Made by a program: the position numbers and the translations under genes. The notes beneath the pieces were generated by a model. The model saw only the letters and a program-made list of their open reading frames with translations. It did not search any database and was not told the DNA's origin. Shown here one piece after another: positions 29,960 through 40,355 of a DNA stretch of 64,000 nt. Source of the DNA: Spirochaetaceae bacterium (GTDB lineage Bacteria > Spirochaetota > Spirochaetia > DSM-2461); assembly GCA_051531975.1 (NCBI GenBank), contig JAOPTT010000004.1:192001-256000 (forward strand). The letters run 5' to 3'. Position 1 is the stretch's first letter; every line of letters starts with the position of its first letter.

Positions 29960-32206
29960 ATGGAAAATAACAAAAACATATTAATATTAAAATCACCAGC
30001 TACTGAGTGGAGAGACGCTTGGCCTTCTGGTAATGGGGAGGTTGGAGTTTTGGTCTCCGGTTTACCTGTCCATGAGAAAATCATATTCAATCACGAAAAG
30101 CACTGGCTATATGGAGAGGAATTCCCTCTTCCAGATGTATCTTCCGCTCTAATTGAAGTTAGGGAATTAGTTAAGAATAAAGAGTACAAAAAAGCCCATA
30201 ATTACCACAAAGAAAAGCTACATGAGTTGGGTTACAAACCAAAAATGTCTGACTTCTCACCAGTATTTACTCTAGAGATTATTGATAAAAGTCAAAATGA
30301 TTTTTTCGACTATTCTCGAACTCTAAATATGGAGACTGGGGAAATTACAAGTAAATGGCTAAAAAATGATACTACTTTTTCTAGGGATGTATTTGTTTCC
30401 CGACATAGTGGGAAAGTCCATTGTAGATTTTTTGCCGAGGGTACTGGCTTAATGAATCTCAAGTTTAAATTGAGTCCTCTTGCTGAAGATTTGGACCAGG
30501 ATTATGACTCACATAACTTGGTGTTTTCGGGGGTATGTAAAAAGGATGTTATGGTTATTAATGGCCATGATACCAAAAAATCATGGTTTGGTGGAGCTCT
30601 ATCTTTTACTACAGACGGTGAATCAGAAAGTCAAAATGATTCGGTTCTGACTATCAAAGAAGCAAGAATGATTGAGATTGAGATTGACGTCTTTGCTGAT
30701 TGTAAAGAGAAATTCCAACCTCCAATAGATAGACATAGTAATTATAACAAAGAACTAACTTCACATAGACAATTACATGGTGAATTATATAACCGTGTTA
30801 AATTGAATCTAAAGGATCGGTCGATGCACGCCATACAGCAGATGTTCGACTATGGGCGTTATCTGTTAATTTCAAGTGCTGGAAGCCAATTACCCCCTAA
30901 TCTCCAAGGTGTCTGGAATGGAGATAAGCATCCTATCTGGAACTGTTTTTATATGCTCAACGAAAATGTTCAAATGATGCACTGGCAGATTCTTCCAGGT
31001 AATATGCCGGAAATGATGTTGTCTCTTTTTGAGTATTACGAATCTTCAATGGATGACTTTCGGGAGAATGCTTTGAAACTTTTTGGATGTCGAGGTATTT
31101 TCATTCCCGCCAATACTGTTCCTGATACAGGACTTATTACAGACCTTCAAGGACATCTCATCTACTGGACAGGGGGTGCGGCCTGGTTGGCACGTCTCTA
31201 TTACGATTATTATCTCTATACTGGGGATGAACTGTTTTTAAAACATAGAGCTCTACCTTTTATGAAAGAGGCAATGGATTTTTATGAAGATTATACATAT
31301 GAGAATGTGAAGGGGGAACTTGAATTTTGCCCTTCCATATCTCCTGAAAACTCTCCTGAAGATTTTAATCGTGAATTTAAGATGGATGCTAACTGTAATA
31401 TTACTATAAATGCAACTATGGATATCGCCCTCTGTAAAGAACTTCTAAATAATCTGATCCAAGGTTCTAGTTTGTGTGGAGTTTATAAGGAAAATATCTC
31501 AAACTGGTTGGATGTTCTTAATAAGCTTCCTGGTTATACTATCAACAAAGATGGTGCTATTAGTGAATGGGTTCACGACGGTTTTAATGACAATTATCAT
31601 CATCGTCACGTCTCTCATATCTACCCTTTCTTTCCAGGGAATGAGATCTCTCTTGGGGATGAGATGATTCCATCTATAGAGACCGCAGTGGATAAGCGTT
31701 TTGAAATTGGTATGCGGGAACAGACAGGGTGGTCCCTTGTTCATCAATCAAATATTTACGCTAGGTTAGGACGAGGTGATAGGGCTCTCGAATGCCTAGA
31801 CATATTAAAAGAGTACTGTACAGGGATAAATCTTTTTACCTATCACAATGACTGGAGAGATCGTGGTGTCTGTATGACTAAACCAGAAGGTTTTAATAAA
31901 AGAGTCTTCCAGATCGATGCAAATTTGGGGTATCCAGCAGCCATAATGGAAATGTTAGTCCATAGTAGCCTTGGAAAAATTACACTGCTACCTGGGCTTC
32001 CATCTAAAATGAAAGAAGGGGAGATCAGTGGAATTCTCTGCCGAGGTAATATACTTCTGAATATGAAATGGTCTGGAACTCAAATCCTTGTGGAATTGAA
32101 ATCAAAGTTAGATCAGACAGTTTTTATAGATTCTCCTGTAAGTTTCATCTCTAGTTTTTCTACACAACTTGAAGCTGGTAAATGGTATTCATATCAGTTT
32201 AAATAA
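29960..32206 (+). CDS. GH95 alpha-L-fucosidase/alpha-L-galactosidase
   Basis: PSGNG, YGRYLLISS, PNLQGVWN, SPEN, HRHVSH, FQIDAN; no signal peptide. Confidence 0.9.
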   Translation: MENNKNILILKSPATEWRDAWPSGNGEVGVLVSGLPVHEKIIFNHEKHWLYGEEFPLPDVSSALIEVRELVKNKEYKKAHNYHKEKLHELGYKPKMSDFSPVFTLEIIDKSQNDFFDYSRTLNMETGEITSKWLKNDTTFSRDVFVSRHSGKVHCRFFAEGTGLMNLKFKLSPLAEDLDQDYDSHNLVFSGVCKKDVMVINGHDTKKSWFGGALSFTTDGESESQNDSVLTIKEARMIEIEIDVFADCKEKFQPPIDRHSNYNKELTSHRQLHGELYNRVKLNLKDRSMHAIQQMFDYGRYLLISSAGSQLPPNLQGVWNGDKHPIWNCFYMLNENVQMMHWQILPGNMPEMMLSLFEYYESSMDDFRENALKLFGCRGIFIPANTVPDTGLITDLQGHLIYWTGGAAWLARLYYDYYLYTGDELFLKHRALPFMKEAMDFYEDYTYENVKGELEFCPSISPENSPEDFNREFKMDANCNITINATMDIALCKELLNNLIQGSSLCGVYKENISNWLDVLNKLPGYTINKDGAISEWVHDGFNDNYHHRHVSHIYPFFPGNEISLGDEMIPSIETAVDKRFEIGMREQTGWSLVHQSNIYARLGRGDRALECLDILKEYCTGINLFTYHNDWRDRGVCMTKPEGFNKRVFQIDANLGYPAAIMEMLVHSSLGKITLLPGLPSKMKEGEISGILCRGNILLNMKWSGTQILVELKSKLDQTVFIDSPVSFISSFSTQLEAGKWYSYQFK

Positions 32207-32330
32207 TGTGGAAAATAGATGAGTTAAATATTAAGTTATGGAATATTCTGGTTTCTGGTGGATATGGAGCTTTTATGGCAATATCCTCTTTTCAGGGCTT
32301 ACTTCTTTTATAGTTTCAAGTATTAATTTT

Positions 32331-32384
32331 ACCCACTATTAACTGTAAATCACCAACCATGGTCCGTATTTTTTCTGTTATAAT
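32331..32384 (+). promoter_or_regulatory. Activator direct-repeat site plus extended -10 (GH88 promoter)
   Basis: ACCCAC-N15-ACCAAC-N18-TGTTATAAT. Confidence 0.72.
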
Positions 32385-32419
32385 TTCTTTAATGTAACTA
32401 CAGTTTAAAGGATAATAAG

Positions 32420-33574
32420 ATGTTAAAAAACGAAGATAAGGTCTGGCTGGATCAGACCATAGATAACATTCATTCCAAGATGGATTGGGTTAGTGTAAAA
32501 TCCCAAAATAAAATACCGGCGACTACTATCGACGGTGTTCATGATAACAGGCGGATGAATCTGAGTGGGCGTAAGGAAGATGGGCTAAAATGGTGGACCA
32601 ACGGATTTTATGCTGGAATGATGTGGCTTATGTATGATGAAACTGGAAATCATAAATATGCTGATATTGGATCTAATACAGAACAGTGGTTAGATCAAAC
32701 ATTTGATGACTTCTACGGTCTGCATCACGATGTGGGTTTCATGTGGATGCCTTCCGCTGTAGCTCACTATAAGCTAACTGGGAACCTTGAATCTAGGAAA
32801 CGAGGACTTCATGCTGCGAACCTTTTAGCCGGTCGTTTTAATCCCGTTGGTAAGTTTATTCGAGCTTGGGATGGTGTTGAGCCACATGATACAACAGGAT
32901 GGGCTATTATCGACTGTATGTGTAATCTGCCACTTCTCTACTGGGCTAGTGAAGAGATCAAAGATCCAAGGTTCGCACAAATCGCTGAAATCCATGCCCA
33001 AACAGTTCTAAAGGCCTTTGTCAGAGATAATGGGTCTTGTGAGCATATAGTTGAGTTTAATCCTAATAGTGGTGAGAAGGTTAGAATCTACGGAGGTCAG
33101 GGTTATGCAAATGGCTCAGCATGGACTAGAGGTCAGTCCTGGGGATTATACGGATTTATCTTAAGTTATAACCATACAAAAAATCCTGAATTTCTTAAGG
33201 CATCACAAAGAATTGCAGATTATTGGATTTCTCAGATTCCAGAAAATGGTTTAATTCCCTTAGACTTTGACCAGCCCAATGAGTCGGATTTAGAGGACTC
33301 TACAGCAACAGCTATTGCAAGTTGTGGTCTCATAGATTTATCCCGTCAAATAGGTGGGCATGATGGAGAGCGTTATCTAGAAGTAGCTATAAATATGCTG
33401 AAGAAACTTACTGAGAAACGATGTAATTGGACTAAGGAGTATGACGGTATTCTTGAGGAGTGTTCCGGTTCTTATCATGGTAAGGATAGCCACCATATAT
33501 CACTTGTATATGCAGACTGCTATTTTATGGAAGCAATGTTTAAACTAAAAGGAAATGATTTTAAACTTTGGTAG
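32420..33574 (+). CDS. GH88 unsaturated glucuronyl hydrolase
   Basis: WTNGF, HHDVGF, IIDCMCN, QG...SAWTRGQSW, DSTA, YADCY. Confidence 0.92.
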   Translation: MLKNEDKVWLDQTIDNIHSKMDWVSVKSQNKIPATTIDGVHDNRRMNLSGRKEDGLKWWTNGFYAGMMWLMYDETGNHKYADIGSNTEQWLDQTFDDFYGLHHDVGFMWMPSAVAHYKLTGNLESRKRGLHAANLLAGRFNPVGKFIRAWDGVEPHDTTGWAIIDCMCNLPLLYWASEEIKDPRFAQIAEIHAQTVLKAFVRDNGSCEHIVEFNPNSGEKVRIYGGQGYANGSAWTRGQSWGLYGFILSYNHTKNPEFLKASQRIADYWISQIPENGLIPLDFDQPNESDLEDSTATAIASCGLIDLSRQIGGHDGERYLEVAINMLKKLTEKRCNWTKEYDGILEECSGSYHGKDSHHISLVYADCYFMEAMFKLKGNDFKLW

Positions 33575-33576
33575 AT

Positions 33577-33604
33577 AAAAACGGCCCGAAATGGGCCGTT
33601 TTTT
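33577..33604. terminator. Bidirectional intrinsic terminator
   Basis: AAAAACGGCCC-gaaat-GGGCCGTTTTTT between the convergent GH88 and FAD oxidoreductase genes. Confidence 0.88.
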
Positions 33605-33667
33605 AATTATATAATATAAAGGACAAAATATACTGATGAAATTTCATTAAAAAGGTTTTTTAAATCT

Positions 33668-35035
33668 TTATTTATTTTCACATATTTTTTCCAGGTAAGC
33701 ATTTTGTTCAATTAAAAGTTCTTTAATTGATTTATATTCTAGTTCTTTAAAAGGTTTTTTTTCTTTAACAGCAATGGCTGCAGCTACACCACCTCCATGG
33801 CCAATAGCTCCTGCTCCAGGAGTTGTACGAAAGGCGGCTTGGGCACCAAATGTAGAAGAAATACATCGGCCTACTGTTATAAGGTTATCAATTTTACTAT
33901 TAATAAGAGACCTGTAGGGTATTGTATAATATTGACCCCATTCCAGATGTCGGCTTTCAGTTTTTTCACCAGAAGGACTATGAATATCAATTGGGTAACC
34001 ATAACAGGCAATAGCATCATCAAATTTTCTTGCCCCTAAAATATCTTCTTCATTAAGAGTATATAAACCCTTTATCTGTCTTGATGATCGGACTCCTACT
34101 GAAGGACCTGTATATAAATGAACGGCTTTTTCAAATCCAGGAACTCTATTTTTTAATAATTTTATTAATTCAGCTGTTTGTTTACGACCTTCTATTTCTC
34201 CTTTAGTTAAATCATCAGCATTTGTAGGGTCAAGGCCTTTAACCCTTGAGGTATTAATTATTACTTCTCCTCGGTTATTAGCTTCAAAAAAGAGTAAAAC
34301 TTCTCTGTCGAAGGTGATTTCTCCTTTTTTACGGGCTTCTTTCATAATATTTACGAACCCACCCATAGATAACCTCTCTGACTTGTCCATTATTGATGTG
34401 TCATCTTTTAGACTTGGAAATTCATCGGGATGGTTTCGAATAAAATCTTTGACTTTTTCTATGTCAACATTTCCCATCCGTAAATTCATGGTAAGTGGCT
34501 GACTTAAACCGTCACATTCTCTTCCTTTTATACAATCAACACCCGCCATGTATGATAGATCGGCATCTCCTGTCCCATCTATGTAAACCTTTGCGGAATA
34601 TGATGAAAGTCCCGACTTATTACATACTCTAAGGTTTTCTATTTTATTCTCTTTTACCGAGACGTCAGCTAACATAGTGTGGTAGAGAAGAGTCCCTCCT
34701 GCTTCAAGAAACATCAACTCTAATTCTAGTTTCATTCCCTCTGGATCAAAAGGGGTTACAGAGTAGGTATATCCTGTTGAATCTGAGATATGCCCGGGGG
34801 AGAATCCCTTAGATTGCAGTCGATTAATTAGTTCTCCTGTTATACCCTGGACTACTTGAATATCTCCAGCATGGAATGTCATCATAGGGCCCACTCCCGC
34901 ACCTGTTAACATGCCACCAAGGTATGCATTTTTTTCTATTATCAGAGTCTTTACTCCGCCTCGAGCAGCAGCTATTCCTGCTACAGATCCGGAGATACCA
35001 CCTCCAACGACTATTATATCAAAGTTATTATTCAT
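33668..35035 (-). CDS. FAD-dependent oxidoreductase (FAD_oxidored family)
   Basis: VVGGGISG, IDGTGDADL, GVRSSR, YPIDIH, IPYRSL, GRCIS. Confidence 0.85.
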   Translation of the reverse strand: MNNNFDIIVVGGGISGSVAGIAAARGGVKTLIIEKNAYLGGMLTGAGVGPMMTFHAGDIQVVQGITGELINRLQSKGFSPGHISDSTGYTYSVTPFDPEGMKLELELMFLEAGGTLLYHTMLADVSVKENKIENLRVCNKSGLSSYSAKVYIDGTGDADLSYMAGVDCIKGRECDGLSQPLTMNLRMGNVDIEKVKDFIRNHPDEFPSLKDDTSIMDKSERLSMGGFVNIMKEARKKGEITFDREVLLFFEANNRGEVIINTSRVKGLDPTNADDLTKGEIEGRKQTAELIKLLKNRVPGFEKAVHLYTGPSVGVRSSRQIKGLYTLNEEDILGARKFDDAIACYGYPIDIHSPSGEKTESRHLEWGQYYTIPYRSLINSKIDNLITVGRCISSTFGAQAAFRTTPGAGAIGHGGGVAAAIAVKEKKPFKELEYKSIKELLIEQNAYLEKICENK

Positions 35036-35041
35036 AAAATA

Positions 35042-35095
35042 ATAATATCATAGACAAAGAAATTGTATGTGGGTGTTTTTCATGAGTTTGTGGGA
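35042..35095 (-). promoter_or_regulatory. Activator direct-repeat site plus extended -10 (oxidoreductase promoter, leaderless)
   Basis: Minus strand TCCCAC-N15-ACCCAC-N18-TGATATTAT, 6 nt before ATG. Confidence 0.72.
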
Positions 35096-35100
35096 TGATT

Positions 35101-36600
35101 TCAGCTTTTAAAGTTTCTTGGACTCTGGCCAAATTTTCTTTTAAAAACTTCGCTAAAATGTCTATAATCAGTGAACCCTACATGCTCTGCGATTTCGTAT
35201 ACTTTTAGATCAGATGTTGTGAGCAGTTTTTCTGCTTCTGCCATTCTAACGTCAGTTAAATAGTCTTTGAAATTTTGACCTGTATATTTCTTAAAGTGTC
35301 CACTAAGATAATTAGGGTGAAGATATACTAGATCTGCTAGATCCTGGAGCCTAATGTTTTCTGAGAAATGACTTTCAATATATTTTTTTATCTTGTCAAT
35401 TTCAGGATGGGTTTTACTATCTTTATATGATTGGAATTCTAGATATATATTTTCTACATGGGAATGGAACCATTTGAAAAGTTCATCGTATGAGAATAGT
35501 TTATAAGCTTCGTTTAAAAAGGTCTGATCATCAAGCTCTAAAATATTCAACTGTATGTTATCAGCTTCTAGGTTTTTTTTCAGAGAAACCACTGCTCCTA
35601 GGCAAAAACTTATAGTAGCTCCTTTATTTCCGAAAGTTACATCTTTTAAAACTTTTAGGTATGAATTAGTCGCTTCATCAATAGGCTTACTTGTGCATTT
35701 TGTAATTGCTTCTAACAGTCTTTCCTGTCGTGTATAAAGATCCTCTAGGGAGTAGCGTTTTATCATTGTATTTTTATAGTGAAGAAGTTCCTTCCCATCG
35801 TAAAAGAATCGGTTTTTTATAGTTTCCTGAGAGGTTCTAATTGCCTCATTTATAAAATTAAACCCATCAACGGATTTTCCAGCTGCAACAATTAACCTCT
35901 GACCAAGTTTCTCCTTAATAATAATTATTATCTGTTTACTATGCCTTTTCATTACAAAATTAAGTTGTTCCTTATTTGTGTGATAATACATAATGAACAG
36001 ATTATTATCCCTTTCTACAATAAAATGATTTTTCTCCACTTCTTCAAAATAATCTCGGATAAGATTTACAGCAGAGAAAGAAATTATATTTTGCTCTTTT
36101 TCTGTAGATTTTGAAAATTCTTTGTAGTCAATACATACTTGAACTATAGAGTAGAATCCAGGGCCCATATCCGGTAATTCAGGAGAGCTTTTACTCTGTA
36201 TTTCTTGTGCTATGTCTTCTGTTCCTAACCTAGAGGTTTTAAGTGCTTTTGATAGTGCTGATTTGAGCTGTACCTCGTTTATCGGTTTGAGTAGGTAATC
36301 TATCGCACCATATTTTACTGCAGCGTGGGCATATTCAAACTCGTGAAATCCACTGATAAATATAACCTTTGTCTCAGAATTTTCCGAGTTTAAAATTTTC
36401 AGGAGTTCAATACCAGAGAGACCTGGCATGTTTATATCTGAAATAAGCAGATCTGGCTTTTTTTTACGAAGTAGTTCCAGGGCTTCGGTTCCATTGGATG
36501 CAGTACCAACTATTTTAATCCCCATCTTCTCCCAGTCAATAAGCTTGTTTAATCCCTTTACTATTATTGGTTCATCATCAGCTAAAATAGCATTTATCAT
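35101..36600 (-). CDS. YesN-like response regulator (receiver plus C-terminal AraC HTH)
   Basis: ADDE, DINMP, YLLKP; HPNYLSGHFKK and VGFTDYRHFSEVFKR. Confidence 0.92.
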   Translation of the reverse strand: MINAILADDEPIIVKGLNKLIDWEKMGIKIVGTASNGTEALELLRKKKPDLLISDINMPGLSGIELLKILNSENSETKVIFISGFHEFEYAHAAVKYGAIDYLLKPINEVQLKSALSKALKTSRLGTEDIAQEIQSKSSPELPDMGPGFYSIVQVCIDYKEFSKSTEKEQNIISFSAVNLIRDYFEEVEKNHFIVERDNNLFIMYYHTNKEQLNFVMKRHSKQIIIIIKEKLGQRLIVAAGKSVDGFNFINEAIRTSQETIKNRFFYDGKELLHYKNTMIKRYSLEDLYTRQERLLEAITKCTSKPIDEATNSYLKVLKDVTFGNKGATISFCLGAVVSLKKNLEADNIQLNILELDDQTFLNEAYKLFSYDELFKWFHSHVENIYLEFQSYKDSKTHPEIDKIKKYIESHFSENIRLQDLADLVYLHPNYLSGHFKKYTGQNFKDYLTDVRMAEAEKLLTTSDLKVYEIAEHVGFTDYRHFSEVFKRKFGQSPRNFKS

Positions 36601-38396
36601 ATATTAACTCTCTTTATTACGGGAATTGTAATGGTCATTAGGGCTCCGGTTCCTTTTCGGCTTGTAATCTCAATACCATAATCACTACCGTATATCAGTT
36701 GGATTCTTCCCTGTACATTACTTAACCCGATGTGTTCCCCTGAAGTATCGCTGGTTAGTGCGGCAATGTTATACATTTTAGCCTGTAGCTCAATCACCTG
36801 TTCCTCCGCCATACCAACTCCATCGTCTATAATCTGTATTTCTAAATTATCATCGATTACGTTGGCACTTAACTTCACTGTGCCCTTTCCATCTTTGGGT
36901 TTTAGTCCGTGTACGACAGCATTTTCTACTAAAGGTTGAATCATCAGCTTAAGAACTTTTAAATCCAACAGTTCTAATGGAACATCCATATCCAACCTTA
37001 TCCGCTGTTCATAGCGGTAATGTATGATATCGAAATATCTCTGCACCATTTCAAGTTCTTGCTTTAGCGTTACTTCTGGTTCGGAATATTCAATCAGATA
37101 TTTCATCTGTTCAGATAACGCGATGATCATTTTTTGTGTATTCCCAGCGTTTTCATCGAGAGCTGACATCCGGATTATTTCCAATGTATTGTAAAGATAG
37201 TGGGGACGTATCTGGGTTCTTATGGCATTAAGATCGGTTTCCTTCTGTTTTATTTGGGCTATATAAGCTTTGTTAATGTGATCGTTCAGCCTTTTTACCA
37301 TTCTGTTAAATGCTTGTGCTAACTGATGGATTTCATCGTGGGTTTTAACCCTGACCTCAGAAGTCAGATCTCCTGATTCCACGAGCTTCATCTGATTCAT
37401 AATATTGTGGATAGGTTGAGACAGTTTTTTTGAGAATGCCAAGGCGATGGATACTAGAGCTATTATTAATAAAGATATGATTAAAAAGCCTAGTTTCTTT
37501 GTTTCATTGATTAACTGATAGATGGAACCTTGTTGAAGCTGATAAATAATGAGCCAGTCTGCATTTTTTATCTTTCTGTAAAAAAGGTATCCACTATCGG
37601 AAAGTATTACTCCATTGTCATCTATTTGAGCCTGGGTTGATATTTGATTATAAAAGTCATCAATTTTTGACTGTTCAACCTGTATAGAGGACTTAAATAT
37701 CGGATAGCCTAGACCATCAAGGACATAAACTTGTTCATCCTTATTCATTGATAGTGGGGAAATAATCTCTTTAATAAAATCGGTGTTAACTTCGATGGAA
37801 AATATAGAGATAACTTTTTCCACATCAGGAAGATACTTTATGTCGAGATAATTTCTAACTATACTAATAACAGTTGACTCAGAACGAAAAAAATAGTCTT
37901 CTTCGTGGGCTGGAAGTATCGTCAATTTTCTTTTGTTAAATGGAATCTGTTCTGTTTTAGGGTATCGAGACATATTAAATCCCTCTACAAAGGTAGAGGC
38001 ATTCTGAGTAAAGTAGTTTTCTATATTTAGGTTTTCATCTAATAAAAAAGCACTTTCAATATGTTTTTCTGAGTAAACCGTACTTCTTAGAAAGTCTTCA
38101 AGAAGATGGGATTGTCCTTTCTGTTGAATTTCAGTTATAGAACCGAATTCCCGTGATTTGTAATTATATATTAACTTACTTATCTGGTTATATTCACTTA
38201 TTTTCATTTCGATATTTTTACTGGCGTATAAAAGCATTTGACTGTAGTTAGAGATCAAATCTTTTTCCATATCATCAGGTAGTGTTTCAAAGATGAAATA
38301 GCTAATACCTATAAGGGGTAGTAGGCCTACAATGGCAAAGGCCAATACAAATTTGACGAATATACTTTTAAATAAATATCGTTTTTCAGGTTTCAT
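36597..38396 (-). CDS. YesM-like sensor histidine kinase (Cache, HAMP, His_kinase)
   Basis: QIRPHYLYNTL, QPLVENAVVHG, DDGVGM, IGLSNV. Start placed at ATG 38396, after TGATAGAAT. Confidence 0.9.
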   Translation of the reverse strand: MKPEKRYLFKSIFVKFVLAFAIVGLLPLIGISYFIFETLPDDMEKDLISNYSQMLLYASKNIEMKISEYNQISKLIYNYKSREFGSITEIQQKGQSHLLEDFLRSTVYSEKHIESAFLLDENLNIENYFTQNASTFVEGFNMSRYPKTEQIPFNKRKLTILPAHEEDYFFRSESTVISIVRNYLDIKYLPDVEKVISIFSIEVNTDFIKEIISPLSMNKDEQVYVLDGLGYPIFKSSIQVEQSKIDDFYNQISTQAQIDDNGVILSDSGYLFYRKIKNADWLIIYQLQQGSIYQLINETKKLGFLIISLLIIALVSIALAFSKKLSQPIHNIMNQMKLVESGDLTSEVRVKTHDEIHQLAQAFNRMVKRLNDHINKAYIAQIKQKETDLNAIRTQIRPHYLYNTLEIIRMSALDENAGNTQKMIIALSEQMKYLIEYSEPEVTLKQELEMVQRYFDIIHYRYEQRIRLDMDVPLELLDLKVLKLMIQPLVENAVVHGLKPKDGKGTVKLSANVIDDNLEIQIIDDGVGMAEEQVIELQAKMYNIAALTSDTSGEHIGLSNVQGRIQLIYGSDYGIEITSRKGTGALMTITIPVIKRVNI

Positions 38397-38564
38397 TTCA
38401 GAAACAATTCTATCACAGGAATCTCTATGGGCGAAGAGTTTCGTGAATTTTCGAGATTTATAGTCTTTCACTTTGATATTTTAAGACATCTATTTTATTC
38501 TGGCATTCCAACCCTTCCAGTCTCATCGGAAGGGTGTAAGGTTTGCAGTTATATATGGATGCTG

Positions 38565-39395
38565 TCACCCTTTGGCCGCTCCTGTTGTGAGTCCTTTAAC
38601 AAAGTATTTTTGTAGCATTACAAATACGATGAAAACGGGAACTAGCCCACAGACAACTCCTGCAAAAACAATGTCCCATCTACTGGAGAATTGATCGATA
38701 AATGCGTAGATCTCCACGTTAACTGTTTTGGCTTTATGGGATGGTAATACAAGCATTGGCATTAGGAAGTCATTCCATATTCCTAGTCCATTTAGTATTA
38801 TCATTGATGCTGTTACCGGCTTAAGTAGGGGGAATATTATCCGCCAAAATGCATGAAATACACCACAACCGTCTATAGTTGCCGCTTCTTCAATCTCTAT
38901 GGGAATGGTTTTCATGAAGCTGGTGAATAGAAGAACTCCAAATGGAATTGATCCTGATAGATAGATCATAATTGGACCACCCATGTTACCGTAGAGTCCT
39001 AGAACTTTTAACTCCTTAAAAAGGGCAATCATAAAAACCTGAAATGGTATCATCATGGCAGCTAGAAACATTGAGTAAAGAAAGGGTGTTATCTTCTTAT
39101 TTCCTCTAGCAATACCGTAGGCAGTCATAGGAATAACGATAAGTATTGCTATTTCTGATACAACGGTTAAAACTACACTATTCACAAATGCTTGCGGATA
39201 CTGGGTTTTGGAAAAAAGAAAAATAAAGTTATCGAAATTAAACCAGGATTTAGGCATTGCCGTTGGATCTCTCATAATTTCACCATTGCTTTTTAAAGCT
39301 GATATAAAGGAGAAATAAAGTGGCATTACATAAAATGCTACACCGATTACAACAAGTCCAAATATAATCCACTGGCCGTAGTTTTTCTTTTTCAT
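38565..39395 (-). CDS. Carbohydrate ABC transporter permease
   Basis: EEAATIDG (EAA loop), WNDFLMP. Confidence 0.93.
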   Translation of the reverse strand: MKKKNYGQWIIFGLVVIGVAFYVMPLYFSFISALKSNGEIMRDPTAMPKSWFNFDNFIFLFSKTQYPQAFVNSVVLTVVSEIAILIVIPMTAYGIARGNKKITPFLYSMFLAAMMIPFQVFMIALFKELKVLGLYGNMGGPIMIYLSGSIPFGVLLFTSFMKTIPIEIEEAATIDGCGVFHAFWRIIFPLLKPVTASMIILNGLGIWNDFLMPMLVLPSHKAKTVNVEIYAFIDQFSSRWDIVFAGVVCGLVPVFIVFVMLQKYFVKGLTTGAAKG

Positions 39396-40276
39396 AGTTG
39401 AACCTCTCTTCTTTTAAGTATAACAATCTGTAATAAGGTCACAATTAGTACAACACCAAATAGTACAAGGGCTAGGGCAGTTCCATATCCCTGCTTAAGT
39501 TCAGCAAAAGCAACTCTATAGATTAGATATGTTATTGATTCCGTTGCGAATCCTGGACCACCATCGGTCATTACGGCGATCTGGTCGAAGACCTTGAATC
39601 CATAAATTAAAGCAAGTGTCATATTTACAGTAAATGAACCAGATAACAAAGGAAATGTTATATGTTTGAATTTCTGAACAGCGTTAGCACCATCAATTTG
39701 GGCAGATTCAAGAAGTTCCCTTGGAATACTCTGAAGACCCGCCAAGTAGATAACCATGTAATAGCCACCTCTCTGCCATAACATTACAAATATAATTGAC
39801 ATTATAGCGTGGGGCATTGCACCAAGGAAATTTATTTCTAATGGGATACCTATTTTTAATAAAAGGGAATTAATGATTCCAAAGCTGTAGTTGAACATTA
39901 TTGTCCAGATAAAACCGGAAATAACGCCACTTATCAGTACGGGTAAGTAAAACATACTCCTGAAAAAACTCTTACCTATTATTACATTATCTACTATCAT
40001 AGCTAGTCCCAAGGATAGGATATTCGCCAGTATGGTAAAACTTAGCCCAATTATAATCGAATTTATCAGAGCGTTGTAAAAGCGTTCGTTGGCAAATATT
40101 AGTTTAAAATTTGTAAAGCCAATATAGTCGTATTTGGGGTTGATTCCATCCCAGTTTGTTAGACTAAGGTTTATACTATTAAAAACGGGAATCACAATAA
40201 ACGTTATAAATAATATTAGAGCGGGTATAACAAATAATAAGCATACGTTCTCTCTTTTCTTTAATAATCCTGTCAT
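39392..40276 (-). CDS. Carbohydrate ABC transporter permease
   Basis: YLAGLQSIP, ESAQIDGA, MTDGGPG. Confidence 0.93.
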   Translation of the reverse strand: MTGLLKKRENVCLLFVIPALILFITFIVIPVFNSINLSLTNWDGINPKYDYIGFTNFKLIFANERFYNALINSIIIGLSFTILANILSLGLAMIVDNVIIGKSFFRSMFYLPVLISGVISGFIWTIMFNYSFGIINSLLLKIGIPLEINFLGAMPHAIMSIIFVMLWQRGGYYMVIYLAGLQSIPRELLESAQIDGANAVQKFKHITFPLLSGSFTVNMTLALIYGFKVFDQIAVMTDGGPGFATESITYLIYRVAFAELKQGYGTALALVLFGVVLIVTLLQIVILKRREVQL

Positions 40277-40313
40277 TATTATACCTCATTTTGATCTTGA
40301 ATTGATAAGAAGA

Positions 40314-40337
40314 TCGAACTCCCTCATGGGAGATCGA
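40314..40337. other. Intercistronic stem-loop after the binding-protein gene
   Basis: TCGAaCTCCC-tcat-GGGAGaTCGA; the usual position for an mRNA-stabilising or attenuating hairpin in ABC operons. Confidence 0.5.
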
Positions 40338-40355
40338 CCATTATTATATTAGTTT

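Noticed and set aside
38400..38470. Sixth copy of the ACCCAC direct repeat at the sensor kinase promoter
   Set aside because: An extended -10 is present, but there are no hexamers at the required spacing.
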